The notes beneath the pieces were generated by a model, which did not search any database, was not told the DNA's origin, and worked only from the letters and a program-made list of their open reading frames with translations. A stretch of DNA of 64,000 nucleotides from Eledone cirrhosa. Its lineage: Eukaryota. The stretch covers positions 5,394,001 to 5,458,000 of the forward strand of contig OZ024753.1 in assembly GCA_964016885.1 (NCBI GenBank), in the 5' to 3' direction. The position numbers and the translations under genes were made by a program. Below, one piece after another: positions 26,281 through 37,767 of the stretch (position 1 is its first letter; every line of letters starts with the position of its first letter).

Positions 26281-26508
26281 ATATATATAATATATTTATA
26301 TAATATTTATATAATATTTATAATATATTTATATAATATATATATATATATTTATATAATATATATATTTATATATATAAATAAAATTATACAAAGATAG
26401 ATAAATAAATAAAATATCTAATGTCTCATCATGATCATCATTATTGTCATCACTGTCTAATGTCAATTTTCCATGCATGGGTTAGACAGGTTGTCACGTT
26501 ATGAGGCT

Positions 26509-26768
26509 AGAAAAGACAGAAGAAGACTGCATTGGTTCGGATGTGATGTGCATGGATGATGATTGGTGGGTGAAGAAGTGCCAGAAATCCCAGTGGAAGG
26601 AAGCCACAGTAGGGGTAGACTAAGGAAGACCTGGGTGGAGGTGGTGTGAGCTCATCTTAAATTGCTGAGACTCACAGAGAAACACAGCGAGTGGAGAGTC
26701 ACTGCACGGAGAAGGACCCGTCCAACCCACGAAAGCATGGAAAAAACGGACGTAATAACGATGATGAT
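26509..26768 (+). mobile_element. RTE LINE 3' fragment with (GAT)n tail
   Basis: Matches the 3' end of the 52010-55182 element. Confidence 0.75.
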
Positions 26769-27825
26769 GTGGGTGGTGAAATTACAGAATGAGTAAAACT
26801 TAAATATTTAAAAATCATTATTACTAATGAGAACACTGGATAGTAGACTTAGTAGAGAAGAGGACAAAAAAATATTTGCTGTATTCAGGGCATCCAACCA
26901 TAGAAGCCAAGCCAGAACCAGTTCTGTATGAGGAAGACGCAGTCATCTGATCTGGCTTGCCTCAGATAGGACAACTCGTCTAACCCATGCTAGCCCAGAA
27001 AAATGGATGTTAAATGGTGATGATGAGTTATGTTCTGAGTTGGAATTCCACAGGAGTTTGGATGTCAATGACCTGTAAGTACCAGTTATATACAAGGTAG
27101 TTTCAGTTAACCTTGCATGCCACCACTTGTTAAAAACTATTAATTGTTTCTACAATTGACACAAGTCCATCAATTTTGAAGGGAATCTGAAAGTCGATTA
27201 AATCGAACCAGTGCGTTACTGGTACTTTATTTTATCAACCTCATAAGGATGAAAGGAAAAGCTAACCTTGATGGGATTTGAACTCAGAATGTAAATGACT
27301 GTAACTGCATGCCTCAAAGCATACTGTCCAGTAATGTACTGGGGTCGATTTAATTGACTTTCTCCTTCCCCCCAAAATTGCTGGCCTTGTTCCTAAATCA
27401 GTAACTATTATAGTTATTATCATTGGGTCGTCTGAGAGTGCCATGATAAAATGCACCAGGTGCATCCTTCCACACACAGTCACACCAGGTCATCGGTGAG
27501 ATCAGTGGCTTTGATAGAGACTAGCTCTGTGATGTTCAATCCTTGCTATCAGGAAAAAAAAAGGACATTAAATAATGAGGATGGGTTTGTTTGTTCTGGT
27601 TTTGCTTGTTTAGTGTGTGCGAGTGAAAGAAAAAAAACCCAACAAAAATCAATAATAAAATTACAAACATTATAGCAATACAACGGGAGGAAACATAATA
27701 TCACTGATGTTGTCACAGGTGTGTGACAAAAGAACTCTGAGAAACTATATTTATATCTATATTTTTAACTGTTGGTCAATCAATGATAAACATTTGTCAG
27801 CTGAATTAATTATAAAATCACAAAC

Positions 27826-27925
27826 CTTTTTCTTCATAATGATTGCTGGCTTGGAGTGTCCACATTCCAAAATTGAGTACAATGCCAAATGAATATAACA
27901 AAATATTTTGCAAATGAAGAGAACT
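27826..27925 (-). CDS. SLC35A4: SLC35A4-like exon (SSLHLQNILLYSFGIVLNFGMWTLQASNHYEEK)
   Basis: LQN..LY.FG..LN motif; canonical splice sites. Confidence 0.9.
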
Positions 27926-28119
27926 CTGAAAAATATTTAATGAAAACATAAATAAATATGAAAACAAATAGAGGAGGTGGTGGTGGTGGTAGTTGAGGTG
28001 GTGGTGGTAGTAGAAGTGGTGGTGGTAGTAGAGGTGGTAGTGGTAGTAGTAGAGGTGTTTGACTGGATATAGAAGAAGTCAAAGAGAAATATCATGATGG
28101 ACTGAGAAAAAATTGTTAC

Positions 28120-28264
28120 CTGAGAATTTTGTTTCAAAATGTATTCTGTGTAAACACCTGAGAGCCCAGATATAAAGCAATAAAGAATAATCATGATTAA
28201 ACCTTTCAGAGATATATGGATTTCACCAGCAGTTTTACCACCTTTTGCTTGAAAGCCACCATAA
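28120..28264 (-). CDS. SLC35A4: SLC35A4-like exon (YGGFQAKGG...LYCFISGLSGVYTEYILKQNSQ)
   Basis: SG..GVYTE.ILK motif; canonical splice sites. Confidence 0.92.
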
Positions 28265-29332
28265 CTGGAGAATCATAGAAAAGAAATGTTTATTAAATTT
28301 ATTGTCGATTGACCAAAGACAAAGACAAACTACAAGTTTATGGTTCTAAACCTATGAAACAGAAAGACAGACATGAAAATATAAAAAATGGTGACCTCAT
28401 ATGTGGAGATGCTATAAAATCGAATAGGCTATGTAGCCAGTAAACCCTTCTGGGACGCAACGCATATTGCTATAGCCTTTCATCAGCCCCTTCTTTCTGT
28501 TGTCTGTATCTGTTTATGTATTTACGTGTAGACGTGTGTGTATGTACATTACGAATGGACGACTAAATGATTTTAAATTGTCTTAACTCAGGCCGCAACT
28601 TATGGTGTTTGACATTCTTACTGCCTACATAGCCTCTTCCCTATAAAATAGGGTGAAGATCCTTAAAGACGGAAAAAGAAGTTGACATTGGCTGATTGAT
28701 ACTAGAGTCATGCCCATAGCTTCCATAAGTGTCCTTGAGTCAAACATCTGTGAAACATATGTAACAAGTTGATAATCAATAAAAACATGTAAATGAAAGT
28801 ATCATTTCAGTCATCCATTCGGGTGTTTTATTTAAAGTGTTTACAGGTTTCCCCATGATCCATCCCTGTCTAATTCATTACTTAAAAAGGAAATATACAT
28901 ACACCATGCCTCTCGTTTTTAACAGTATCCGTGGCAGGAAGAAACTTGGCTTTTAGAAATATTTGTTTCCCTTTTCATCTAGTTACTGTATATTTACTTG
29001 TTTATATTACAAATACTGTATTGGTTTTATGTTTTGAACTGATAATAAATAATGATAATGATGGATTTCAAAGTTTTATTTTTTCCTTTAAAAAAAATTC
29101 ATATTAGTGGTCCGCAGGATTTAAAATTAAGAATTTAGTGGCCCATGAGGTCCAATAGGTTGGCAACCGCTGCTCTGGGTAACACTATCTTCAATGCTGG
29201 TTCTCCCACAATGTTCGGGCCTGAATCATTGAGGGGTAGTGGTGGTATAGGTTACTGCTATCTACGGCATCTGTTGAGACACACAGACAGACACAGAGTT
29301 ATAGAAAGTTTATAAAGAACATTGTCACCAAC

Positions 29333-29395
29333 CTGTCAAAGACACCAGCAACAGTTAATAAACCAAGAGATATCCACTGTATTGATGTTACCGGT
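29333..29395 (-). CDS. SLC35A4: SLC35A4-like exon (PVTSIQWISLGLLTVAGVFDS)
   Basis: QW..L.LL..G motif; phases consistent with both neighbours. Confidence 0.88.
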
Positions 29396-29774
29396 CTGTA
29401 AAGAAGTCAATAGCATAGATTTAATTAAAAACTACATTAAGTTACATAATAATAACAATAATGATTTCTACTAAAGGCACGAGGCCAGCAATTTAAAGGG
29501 GAGGGAAAGTCGATTAAATCAACCCCAGTACATTACTGGTACTTTATTTTATCAACCCTGTAAGGATGAAAAGCAAAGCTAACCACGGTGGGATTTGAAC
29601 ACAGAACGTAAAGGGCCGTAAGTTTATGCCGCAAAGCATGTTGTCCAACGCTCTACTGATTCCGCCCTTTTATAAGTTAATATTGATTTCTGATTTAGGC
29701 ACAAGGCCAGCAATTTTCGGGGGTAGGGTGGGAGTGGTAGTTGACTAAATCGACCCCTGTGCTTTACTAATACT

Positions 29775-30492
29775 TTATATATTAACTATCTGTGGTAGAT
29801 ACTTTATATATCAACTATCTGGAGTGGTAGATACTTTATATATCAACTATCTGGTGTGGTAGATACTTTATATATCAACTATCTGTGGTAGATACTTATA
29901 TATCAACTATCTGGTGTGGTAGATACTTTATATATCAACTATCTGGTGTGGTAGATACTTTATACATCAACTATCTGGAGTGGTAGATACTTTATATATC
30001 AACTCTCTGGAGTGGTAGATACTTTATATATCAACTATCTGGTGTGGTAGATACTTTATATATCAACTCTCTGGAGTGGTAGATACTTTATATATCAACT
30101 ATCTGTGGTAGATACTTTATACATCAACTATCTGGTGTGGTAGATACTTTATATATTAACTATCTGGTGTGGTAGATACTTTATATATCAACTATCTGGA
30201 GTGGTAGATACTTTATATATTAACTATCTGGTGTGGTAGATACTTTATATATCAACTATCTGGAGTGGTAGATACTTTATATATTATCTGGAGAGGTAGA
30301 TACTTTATATATCAACTATCTGGAGTGGTAGATACTTTATATATCAACTCTCTGTGGTAGATACTTTATATATTAACTATCTGTGGTAGATACTTTATAT
30401 ATCAACTCTCTGTGGTAGATACTTTATATATTAACTATCTGTGGTAGATACTTTATATATCATCTGGATTTGTAGATAGTTTATATATCAAC
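29775..30492. repeat. Minisatellite with 29/32-bp unit (TATATCAACTATCTGGTGTGGTAGATACTTTA)
   Basis: About 23 tandem units, embedded in a SINE copy. Confidence 0.93.
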
Positions 30493-30745
30493 TCAAAAAA
30501 TGATATAAAGAGCCAAGTTGACTTAGTAAACAGAGAACTGAAACAAATACCACAAGACACGTAACCTGATATGCTCTATAACAGCTCTGTCAATTAGCTA
30601 AAGAATAATTGCAACAAAAATAATGACAAAATATATATGTGTGTGACTGTGTGTTTGACTAAAGTTTGACTTAAAATCTCAACATTAAATAAATTCTAAA
30701 AACTTAACAAATGGGGGGAAGAGAAAAGGACTGTACGTTACTTAC

Positions 30746-30804
30746 CGTTTAATAATTAACCGATACAATAATGCTGTGGTTGCTATTTTTAAATTACTCA
30801 AAAC
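30746..30804 (-). CDS. SLC35A4: SLC35A4-like exon (VLSNLKIATTALLYRLIIKR)
   Basis: YQVLSNLKI motif completed across the splice; canonical splice sites. Confidence 0.92.
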
Positions 30805-31184
30805 CTACAAAAAAATAAATAGAATAATTAGAAGCAAGACAATAGCTTACTGGTGTGTTAACTGCTTGGTTTCAGTGGTGTAAAATACAGAATATATATA
30901 TATATTGACAGTCGATTACCTTTTGTCAAATTGGGCCAAGGAAACGAAGCCGCAGTACAGGAAGGGCAGTATTTATACTTGTTACTTGTGCTTCAACTGT
31001 GAGTAATGGATCTGTGCATGTATTGTAGCTATCTAATTGACTGGTCCTATTAGGGCTATTTGTGTATGTTTACAGTAATATAAATATTCTATGTCTACCT
31101 AGGGTTGCTTTGGGAAAGGGACTAGTGTGCTCTGAGGTGCCTCTATCTTAGTGCGTTTGTGGAATGGATATTAAAAACCAAGAT

Positions 31185-31470
31185 CTACCCACCTGGATCG
31201 TGAGGGAGCCTCCCAAAAGTCAGCTCAAAAGTAACACAGAGACCGAGGTTAGCTGGACATGCCCACTGACATTCAGAATTAACACTGCACTCTGTAGTCC
31301 TGTGGGAGCCCCTACACGGACACGCTAGAAGAAGGAGACTGTGAATGACATATATTGATGCCCTAAGGACAGACACTAGTCTCTGGGAGATGCAGGACAT
31401 GGCGGTGATGATGAAGGTCAGAGACCGCTGGAGAGAACTCGTCCATGGATCTCAGGAATTTTACCTGCCC
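31185..31470 (+). mobile_element. RTE/RTE-X-like LINE 3' fragment
   Basis: Clear nucleotide similarity to 345-380 and 646-865; ends at (TAGA)n. Confidence 0.75.
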
Positions 31471-31540
31471 TAGATAGATAGATACATACATACATAACAC
31501 TCACACAAACACACAATGATATAGAGAGAAAACAAGTTAC

Positions 31541-31705
31541 CTGGTAAGTTGTGGGATCCATTTGTAGTTGCATGTGTACAGCTATGTTGTTATTTATGAA
31601 ATACAAAATGGCAGGAACTGAAAATGGGATACAAAACCAAAAAGATGGAATCTGGAAGCCTGTATTCCAGCTGTCGATGGAGAATAAGGTTATAGAGATC
31701 AAAAT
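31541..31705 (-). CDS. SLC35A4: SLC35A4-like exon (ILISITLF...PFSVPAILYFINNNIAVHMQLQMDPTTYQ)
   Basis: Nucleotide-sugar transporter PA.LY..NN...MDP.TYQ motif; canonical splice sites. Confidence 0.92.
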
Positions 31706-32538
31706 CTGAAAAGACAGAACAGTAAAAGACAACAGGTTAGTAACAAGTATTTCATATTATGTTAAACCTTTTGGTACCAACTCACCCCAAAACCATCATA
31801 GGTCCTATGAAACAAATCTGCTCATGTTAAAGGGTTTACATTTAAATTAAAATGTTTCCAATGTGATTCGGTGCAAGAACCTTTTGTTAAGTTGTTAGAT
31901 GTTTCAGGTAGTTGCCCAATATAGGTTTGTTCTTCTTTTTCTTGATTTATTACTTTAAATTAAGTCTGGCAAACCATATTGTTATAGTTAGTATTTTTTT
32001 CACCCTAGTGAACCTGGTCCTTTACAATTCGAACACATGTATGTTTATATTTGTGTTTATCTCTCTTGTATATTCAATTATATTACACGGCTCAGAAAAA
32101 CTTCTTTCTTGGAGCTATTTAATTGTAAGAGACTATTTTGAGTTTCTAACTCAATATCTGATATATTATATTATATATTTTGTGAACAACAGAGTTCGTT
32201 CCAGGTTTTCAACAGGCCAGCCAATTACTGGTTCACTGCATTTATTTTGGGTTTAATCATAAACAGCAATTCAAACCAAGTCCCTCCTGCTTATCTCTGT
32301 TATTCTCACCAGCAGGATCTACAGACATATAATGAGTTAATGAGGGAACTTCTATGTGATCGCTCAACCTGCTAAAAACATCAGCCAAATCTCCTTCAAA
32401 TAGACACTCATCATCACTGTTCAACATTTATTTTCTATGCTTGCATGGGTTAGACAGGCTGTCACATATTGAGGCGAGACAGGTCAGGTGACTGTCATGC
32501 TCATATGCTCTATTTTTGGCTTCCTAACGCCAAACAGT

Positions 32539-33989
32539 TTACAGGGTGTACTGGGTACTTCAACATTACAGGGTGTACTGGGTACTTCAACATTACAGGG
32601 TGTACTGGGTACTTCAACATTACAGGGTGTATTGGGTACTTCAACATTACAGGGTATATTGGGTACTTCAACATTACAGGGTGTACTGGGTACTTCAACA
32701 TTACAGGGTGTATTGGGTACTTCCACATTACACTATGTACTGGGTACTTCAACATTACAGGGTGTACTGGGTACTTCGACATTACAGGGTGTATTGGGTA
32801 CTTCGACATTACAGGGTGTACTGGGTACTTCAACATTACAGGGTGTATTGGGTACTTCGACATTACAGGGTGTACTGGGTACTTCGACATTACAGGGTGT
32901 ACTGGGTACTTCAACATTACAGGGTGTACTGGGTACTTCAACATTACAGGGTGTACTGGGTACTTCAACATTACAGGGTGTACTGGGTACTTCAACATTA
33001 CAGGGTGTACTGGGTACTTCAACATTACAGGGTGTACTGGGTACTTCAACATTACAGGGTGTATTGGGTACTTCCACATTACACTATGTACTGGGTACTT
33101 CAACATTACAGGGTGTACTGGGTACTTCGACATTACAGGGTGTATTGGGTACTTCGACATTACAGGGTGTACTGGGTACTTCAACATTACAGGGTGTACT
33201 GGGTACTTCAACATTACAGGGTGTATTGGGTACTTCCACATTACACTATGTACTGGGTACTTCAACATTACAGGGTGTACTGGGTACTTCGACATTACAG
33301 GGTGTATTGGGTACTTCGACATTACAGGGTGTACTGGGTACTTCAACATTACAGGGTGTACTGGGTACTTCGACATTACAGGGTGTATTGGGTACTTCAA
33401 CATTACACTATGTACTGGGTACTTCAACATTACAGGGTGTACTGGGTACTTCAACATTACAGGGTGTACTGGGTACTTCAACATTACAGGGTGTATTGGG
33501 TACTTCAACATTACAGGGTGTACTGGGTACTTCAACATTACAGGGTGTATTGGGTACTTCGACATTACAGGGTGTACTGGGTACTTCAACATTACAGGGT
33601 GTACTGGGTACTTCCACATTACACTATGTACTGGGTACTTCAACATTACAGGGTGTACTGGGTACTTCCACATTACACTATGTACTGGGTACTTCAACAT
33701 TACAGGGTGTATTGGGTACTTCAACATTACAGGGTGTATTGGGTACTTCAACATTACAGGGTGTATTGGGTACTTCAACATTACAGGGTGTATTGGGTAC
33801 TTCAACATTACAGGGTGTACTGGGTACTTCAACATTACAGGGTGTATTGGGTACTTCCACATTACACTATGTACTGGGTACTTCCACATTACACTATGTA
33901 CTGGGTACTTCGACATTACAGGGTGTACTGGGTACTTCAACATTACAGGGTGTATTGGGTACTTCCACATTACACTATGTACTGGGTAC
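32539..33989. repeat. Minisatellite with 27-bp unit (TTACAGGGTGTACTGGGTACTTCAACA), about 53 copies
   Basis: Direct tandem array; accounts for the ~500-aa repetitive ORFs in several frames. Confidence 0.97.
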
Positions 33990-34235
33990 AGACGCTTTCC
34001 TCGTCGATAGAGCGTCGGACAATATTCTTTGTAGTATAGAGTTTCGGTACTTTACATTCTGAGTTCAAATCCCACCGAGGTTAGCTTTGCCTTCCATCCT
34101 TACAGGGTTGGTAAAATAAAGTACCAGCAATGCACTGGAGTCGATTTAGTCGGCTTTCCCCTCCCTCAAAATTGCTTGCCTTATGCCTAAAGTAGAAACA
34201 ATTATTATTATTATTACCAGGAAAAACAGTCCTAC

Positions 34236-34341
34236 CTTCAATATTTCTGTTATCAGAACCATTGATGAAGAACTAAAAGGAATTTTGCCATCTTTCTCAC
34301 AGAGATGCACCAACACAGTATATGATCCATATATGAACACT
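34236..34341 (-). CDS. SLC35A4: SLC35A4-like exon (VFIYGSYTVLVHLCEKDGKIPFSSSSMVLITEILK)
   Basis: Resembles the SLC35A4 YG...LC..DG.VPF..SS.VL.TE..K segment; canonical AG/GT. Confidence 0.9.
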
Positions 34342-34526
34342 CTGGAAAAAAATAACATGATACAGGTATACCTCAGCTTACATCATTTTCAAAGTTACAG
34401 CAGTATTTCTTAATATTAAATGGCAAAAATATACCTTGCGTTATGTCAATTGACTCAACTCTACGTCAGTTTACCAGAAATATTAAATTATAAAAAAACA
34501 CTGAAAACAACAATAAAAACATATAA

Positions 34527-34910
34527 AATAATATGGAAATTGATTTATGCAAGAAGACTAAACAATGCAAAATGGATGGTAAGATGAAGGCAATGAAAAA
34601 GTTAGTTACCTGGTAATCTTTGGGGGTTTTTTTGTCCTAATATATTGGGACTTAAAATTTCCTTTTGTCAGAATATCTCAGATTAAAAAACATTCCGGTC
34701 TGTTTCAAAGCAAATAAACTGGAATAATTTTTCCACTGAGAGTTCCTTATACTCTGACGAAAGGAAATTTTAAGTCCCGAAATATTAGGACAAAAGAAAT
34801 AACAAAAAAAAAAAACCAAGATTACCAGGTAACTAACTTTTTCATTATCTTCATCTTACCATCCATTTTGCATTGTTTAGCCTTATTACATATATCACTT
34901 TCCACATTAT
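34527..34910. repeat. Imperfect fold-back element with degenerate hammerhead core (CTGACGA 34754...GAAA 34779); related sequence at about 38495-38695
   Basis: CTAAACAATGCAAAATGGATGGTAAGATGAAG (34558) is the reverse complement of 34849-34880, and pairing continues inward. The tail ACCATCCATTTTGCATTGTT...CAATGCTTCAAGCAAACTACA recurs at about 38617-38693. Confidence 0.75.
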
Positions 34911-35384
34911 ATATATTATATTCAATGCTTCAAGCAAACTACATTTTACTATATAAAATCTCATTTAATCCTTTAGCATTTAAACCGGCCGTATCCAGCT
35001 AAAGTTCTCTCCCCTCCTTCTGTTCAAACTGGCCATAACCAGCTGCTTGTACTTATGTTAAGGCAATGTTCTCGAAATAAATAATATCAAAATCTCCTAA
35101 ATTTTATATTATGTGAGATAATTATGTAAGGTAAAGCTTTTACCATGAAAATATAATAGTAAATATAAAGTAATGTGAATGCTAAAGGGTTAAATAAATG
35201 TTAAAATATACAGCCTACAGTACAGCACTGAGGTATGTCTAATAGTGGTTTATGGGGTGGGGATTAAAATTCCACCAAGTTTAGCTTTGCCTTTCAAGGT
35301 TGACAAAACAAGTACCAGGCTAGAACCTTAATGCGTTAGGGACCCATATAAAATTCTGAAGAAAAATAAAATGGAGATACTTAC

Positions 35385-35476
35385 CCAGAAAGGAGCATAA
35401 TTCGCCAAAGGCATCCATTTACAAGTTCTTTACCATTCTTTTCATCTGCTGTTAGTGGAACATTGACAGTGCTCTC
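35385..35476 (-). CDS. SLC35A4: SLC35A4-like exon (ESTVNVPLTADEKNGKELVNGCLWRIMLLSG)
   Basis: TTGCAG acceptor, GTAAGT donor; phase 2 joins the next exon; leads into TM1. Confidence 0.8.
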
Positions 35477-37343
35477 CTGCAAGATATCAGAAATACTTAT
35501 TTCAGAATATTGAACCAAATGTCAAAAATCTAAAGTGGTCATGTTGATGACATGACAAAAGCACCCAGTCCACCCTGTAATGGGAGGTGTAGGTGACATG
35601 ACAAAAACACCTAGTCCACCCTGTAAAGGGTCCTGTTGGCGACATGATAAAAAGCACCGAGTCCACACTGTAAAGTGATTATGATGGTGACACAACAAAA
35701 AGCATCCAGTACACACTGGATGCAAACCAAGCCAGAAACAGTTTTGTATGAGTAAGACAGTCACCTGATTTGACTTGTCTAACAATGGGACAACTCATCT
35801 AACCCATGCTAGCATAGAAAATGGCTGTTAAACAGTGATGATGATCATGATTATAGTGCTAGTAGCATTAACTACAGAATTTCTTCTTTTTTTAACTCTT
35901 AACATTCTGTAATGATTCAGCAGAAAATATCTCAAACAAGGTTTGTTTATTCAAATGCTTGTAGTATCTTTAGTGATGAGTAGATTGTTGTTAAATACTG
36001 TGTCTATATTGGATGTCAAGCTTTAGAGTCAGCTGTATGCATAAAGTATGAGGTGCCTTCATAACACAGCTGAGAGAGAGAGAGAAGGAGGCAGGAGAAT
36101 GAGAGGGAGAGAGAAAGAGGAGGGAGGTAAGCTGGCAGTAACAGTTACTGACTACAAAGAATATACACAGACATACACACACCCACACCCAGTCATAAAT
36201 ATTTAAGAGATTATATCTTGTCACATATAAGGTTGTTTATCTTCATTCAGAGAGAATAATTTATAGCAGTTGTGGATTGGCAGTATCGCTACAGGGTTGG
36301 ACGCCATGCTTTGCAACAAAGAGTTACGGCCCATTATGGTCTGAGTTCAAATCCTGCCGAGGTTAACTTTGCCTTTCATCCTTCGGGATCGATAAAATAA
36401 AGTACCAGTAATACACTGGGATAATTGCTGGCCTTGTGCCAAAAGTAGAAACAGTTATTATATAAGTATCATTATCCGGTGTTTTGTTACAGTGTTACTT
36501 ATTCTAAGTCTATTATTTTGATTTTGGATTGGCAAAGGTTAGCTTTACCTTTCATCCTTATGGGATGAATAGAATAAAGTTCTAGTAAGGCACTGGAATC
36601 CACTTTATTCTTCCCTAAAATAGCTGGCCTTGTACCTAAATCAGAAACCATTATCAGTAAGGTTGAAAGGCAAAGTTAACCTTGGCGGGATTTGAATTCA
36701 GAATCTCCACCACCCTTACCACTGGAGCAACATGAAATGAAGTGTTTTGAGCAAAACACTTCATTTCATGTTGCTCCAGTTTACTCAACTGAACATGAGT
36801 ACCACCAATAGCTGGGGGGTTAACCCTGCCATGGACTGGCATCCTGTGTATTCTCAGTCACTTAACACTTCGGAAACCAGGATAAGCACCGGCCTAATGA
36901 ACCTCTGGGCTTGATACAGACTTTAACTCTGCAATAGACTGGCGTCCTGTTCAGGGGGAAGTCACACTCTCAGTTGCTTAACACCACAGAAACTGGGATA
37001 AGCAGCAGTGTGATGAGTCTCTGGACTTGAGACAGACTTAAGACTTTTAGAAATGTCTTTCCCTCCCTATCTCATAACAGTAAAAGTAGGAGAATTGAGG
37101 GAGATTTTTGCTGATATTACTAGTAGGTTGATGGATCATCTAGAGGCAGTTCACTGAATGGTTTGTTGAGTACTATCAATCAAGATTGCTCCACTTTTTC
37201 TCGTTAATTCAGGTGAGCTCTCTCTCTCTGTATGTGTGTGTGTGGGGGGGGGGGGGGGACTGGGTGGTGGTGGCTAAAGATTGTATCCCTGAAAGGTAAT
37301 TGTTTTATAGGCAGGATGTGTATATATATATATATATGTATAT

Positions 37344-37767
37344 AAAATACAATATGTTGAAAAGGTAACACACTAGAGAGAGATAGTGTGCTAGCAGCTT
37401 GTCCCTCAGATACCACTGGTTCACTGCCCTAAGCACGCTGTGACATCTCTCTGCCGCGTGTAACTGGACGGTCGCTTTAGATTCTCTTAGAGTTGTCTGG
37501 AATGTATAGTCATGCACGCGCTGATGAACCATAGGCTATTCCATTTCAGTCAACAACTTCCTGGCGAAACAGATCTCTTTGGATTTGTACGCATGTGTTA
37601 TATAGTTATAGAGGTGTGTATATACATTTTAATTTATATTTTTAATTATTGTGTGTCTACCCTGCCTTCCATCGATTATAGATTCCATACACTGGTGGTT
37701 TTCCCTGTTTTATTGATGGCACACTATCTCTCTCTAGTGTGTTACCTTTTCAACATATTGTATTTTA
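37344..37767. repeat. Element with ~48-bp inverted arms enclosing the hammerhead motif, next to (TA)n
   Basis: TAAAATACAATATGTTGAAAAGGTAACACACTAGAGAGAGATAGTGTGC at the left end is inverted at 37719-37767. Confidence 0.85.
37512..37598 (+). ncRNA. Type I hammerhead ribozyme-like motif (near-intact)
   Basis: Stem I ATGCACGCG/CGCATGTGT; CTGATGA 37521-37527; stem II CCA..GG/CC.TGG; GAAA 37566-37569; stem III ACAGATCT/GGATTTGT; GUA triplet 37587-37589. The first stem II pair is an A-C mismatch. Confidence 0.7.

Noticed and set aside
29775-30492. CRISPR-like appearance (about 30-bp partly palindromic repeats)
   Set aside because: No unique spacers, no cas genes, eukaryotic intron context.
32469-34062. 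~500-aa ORFs in four frames (CTGYFNITG, VLGTSTLQG, YWVLQHYRV, KYPVHPVML repeats)
   Set aside because: Produced by a stop-free 27-bp minisatellite inside an intron; open in several frames on both strands; no coding signature.
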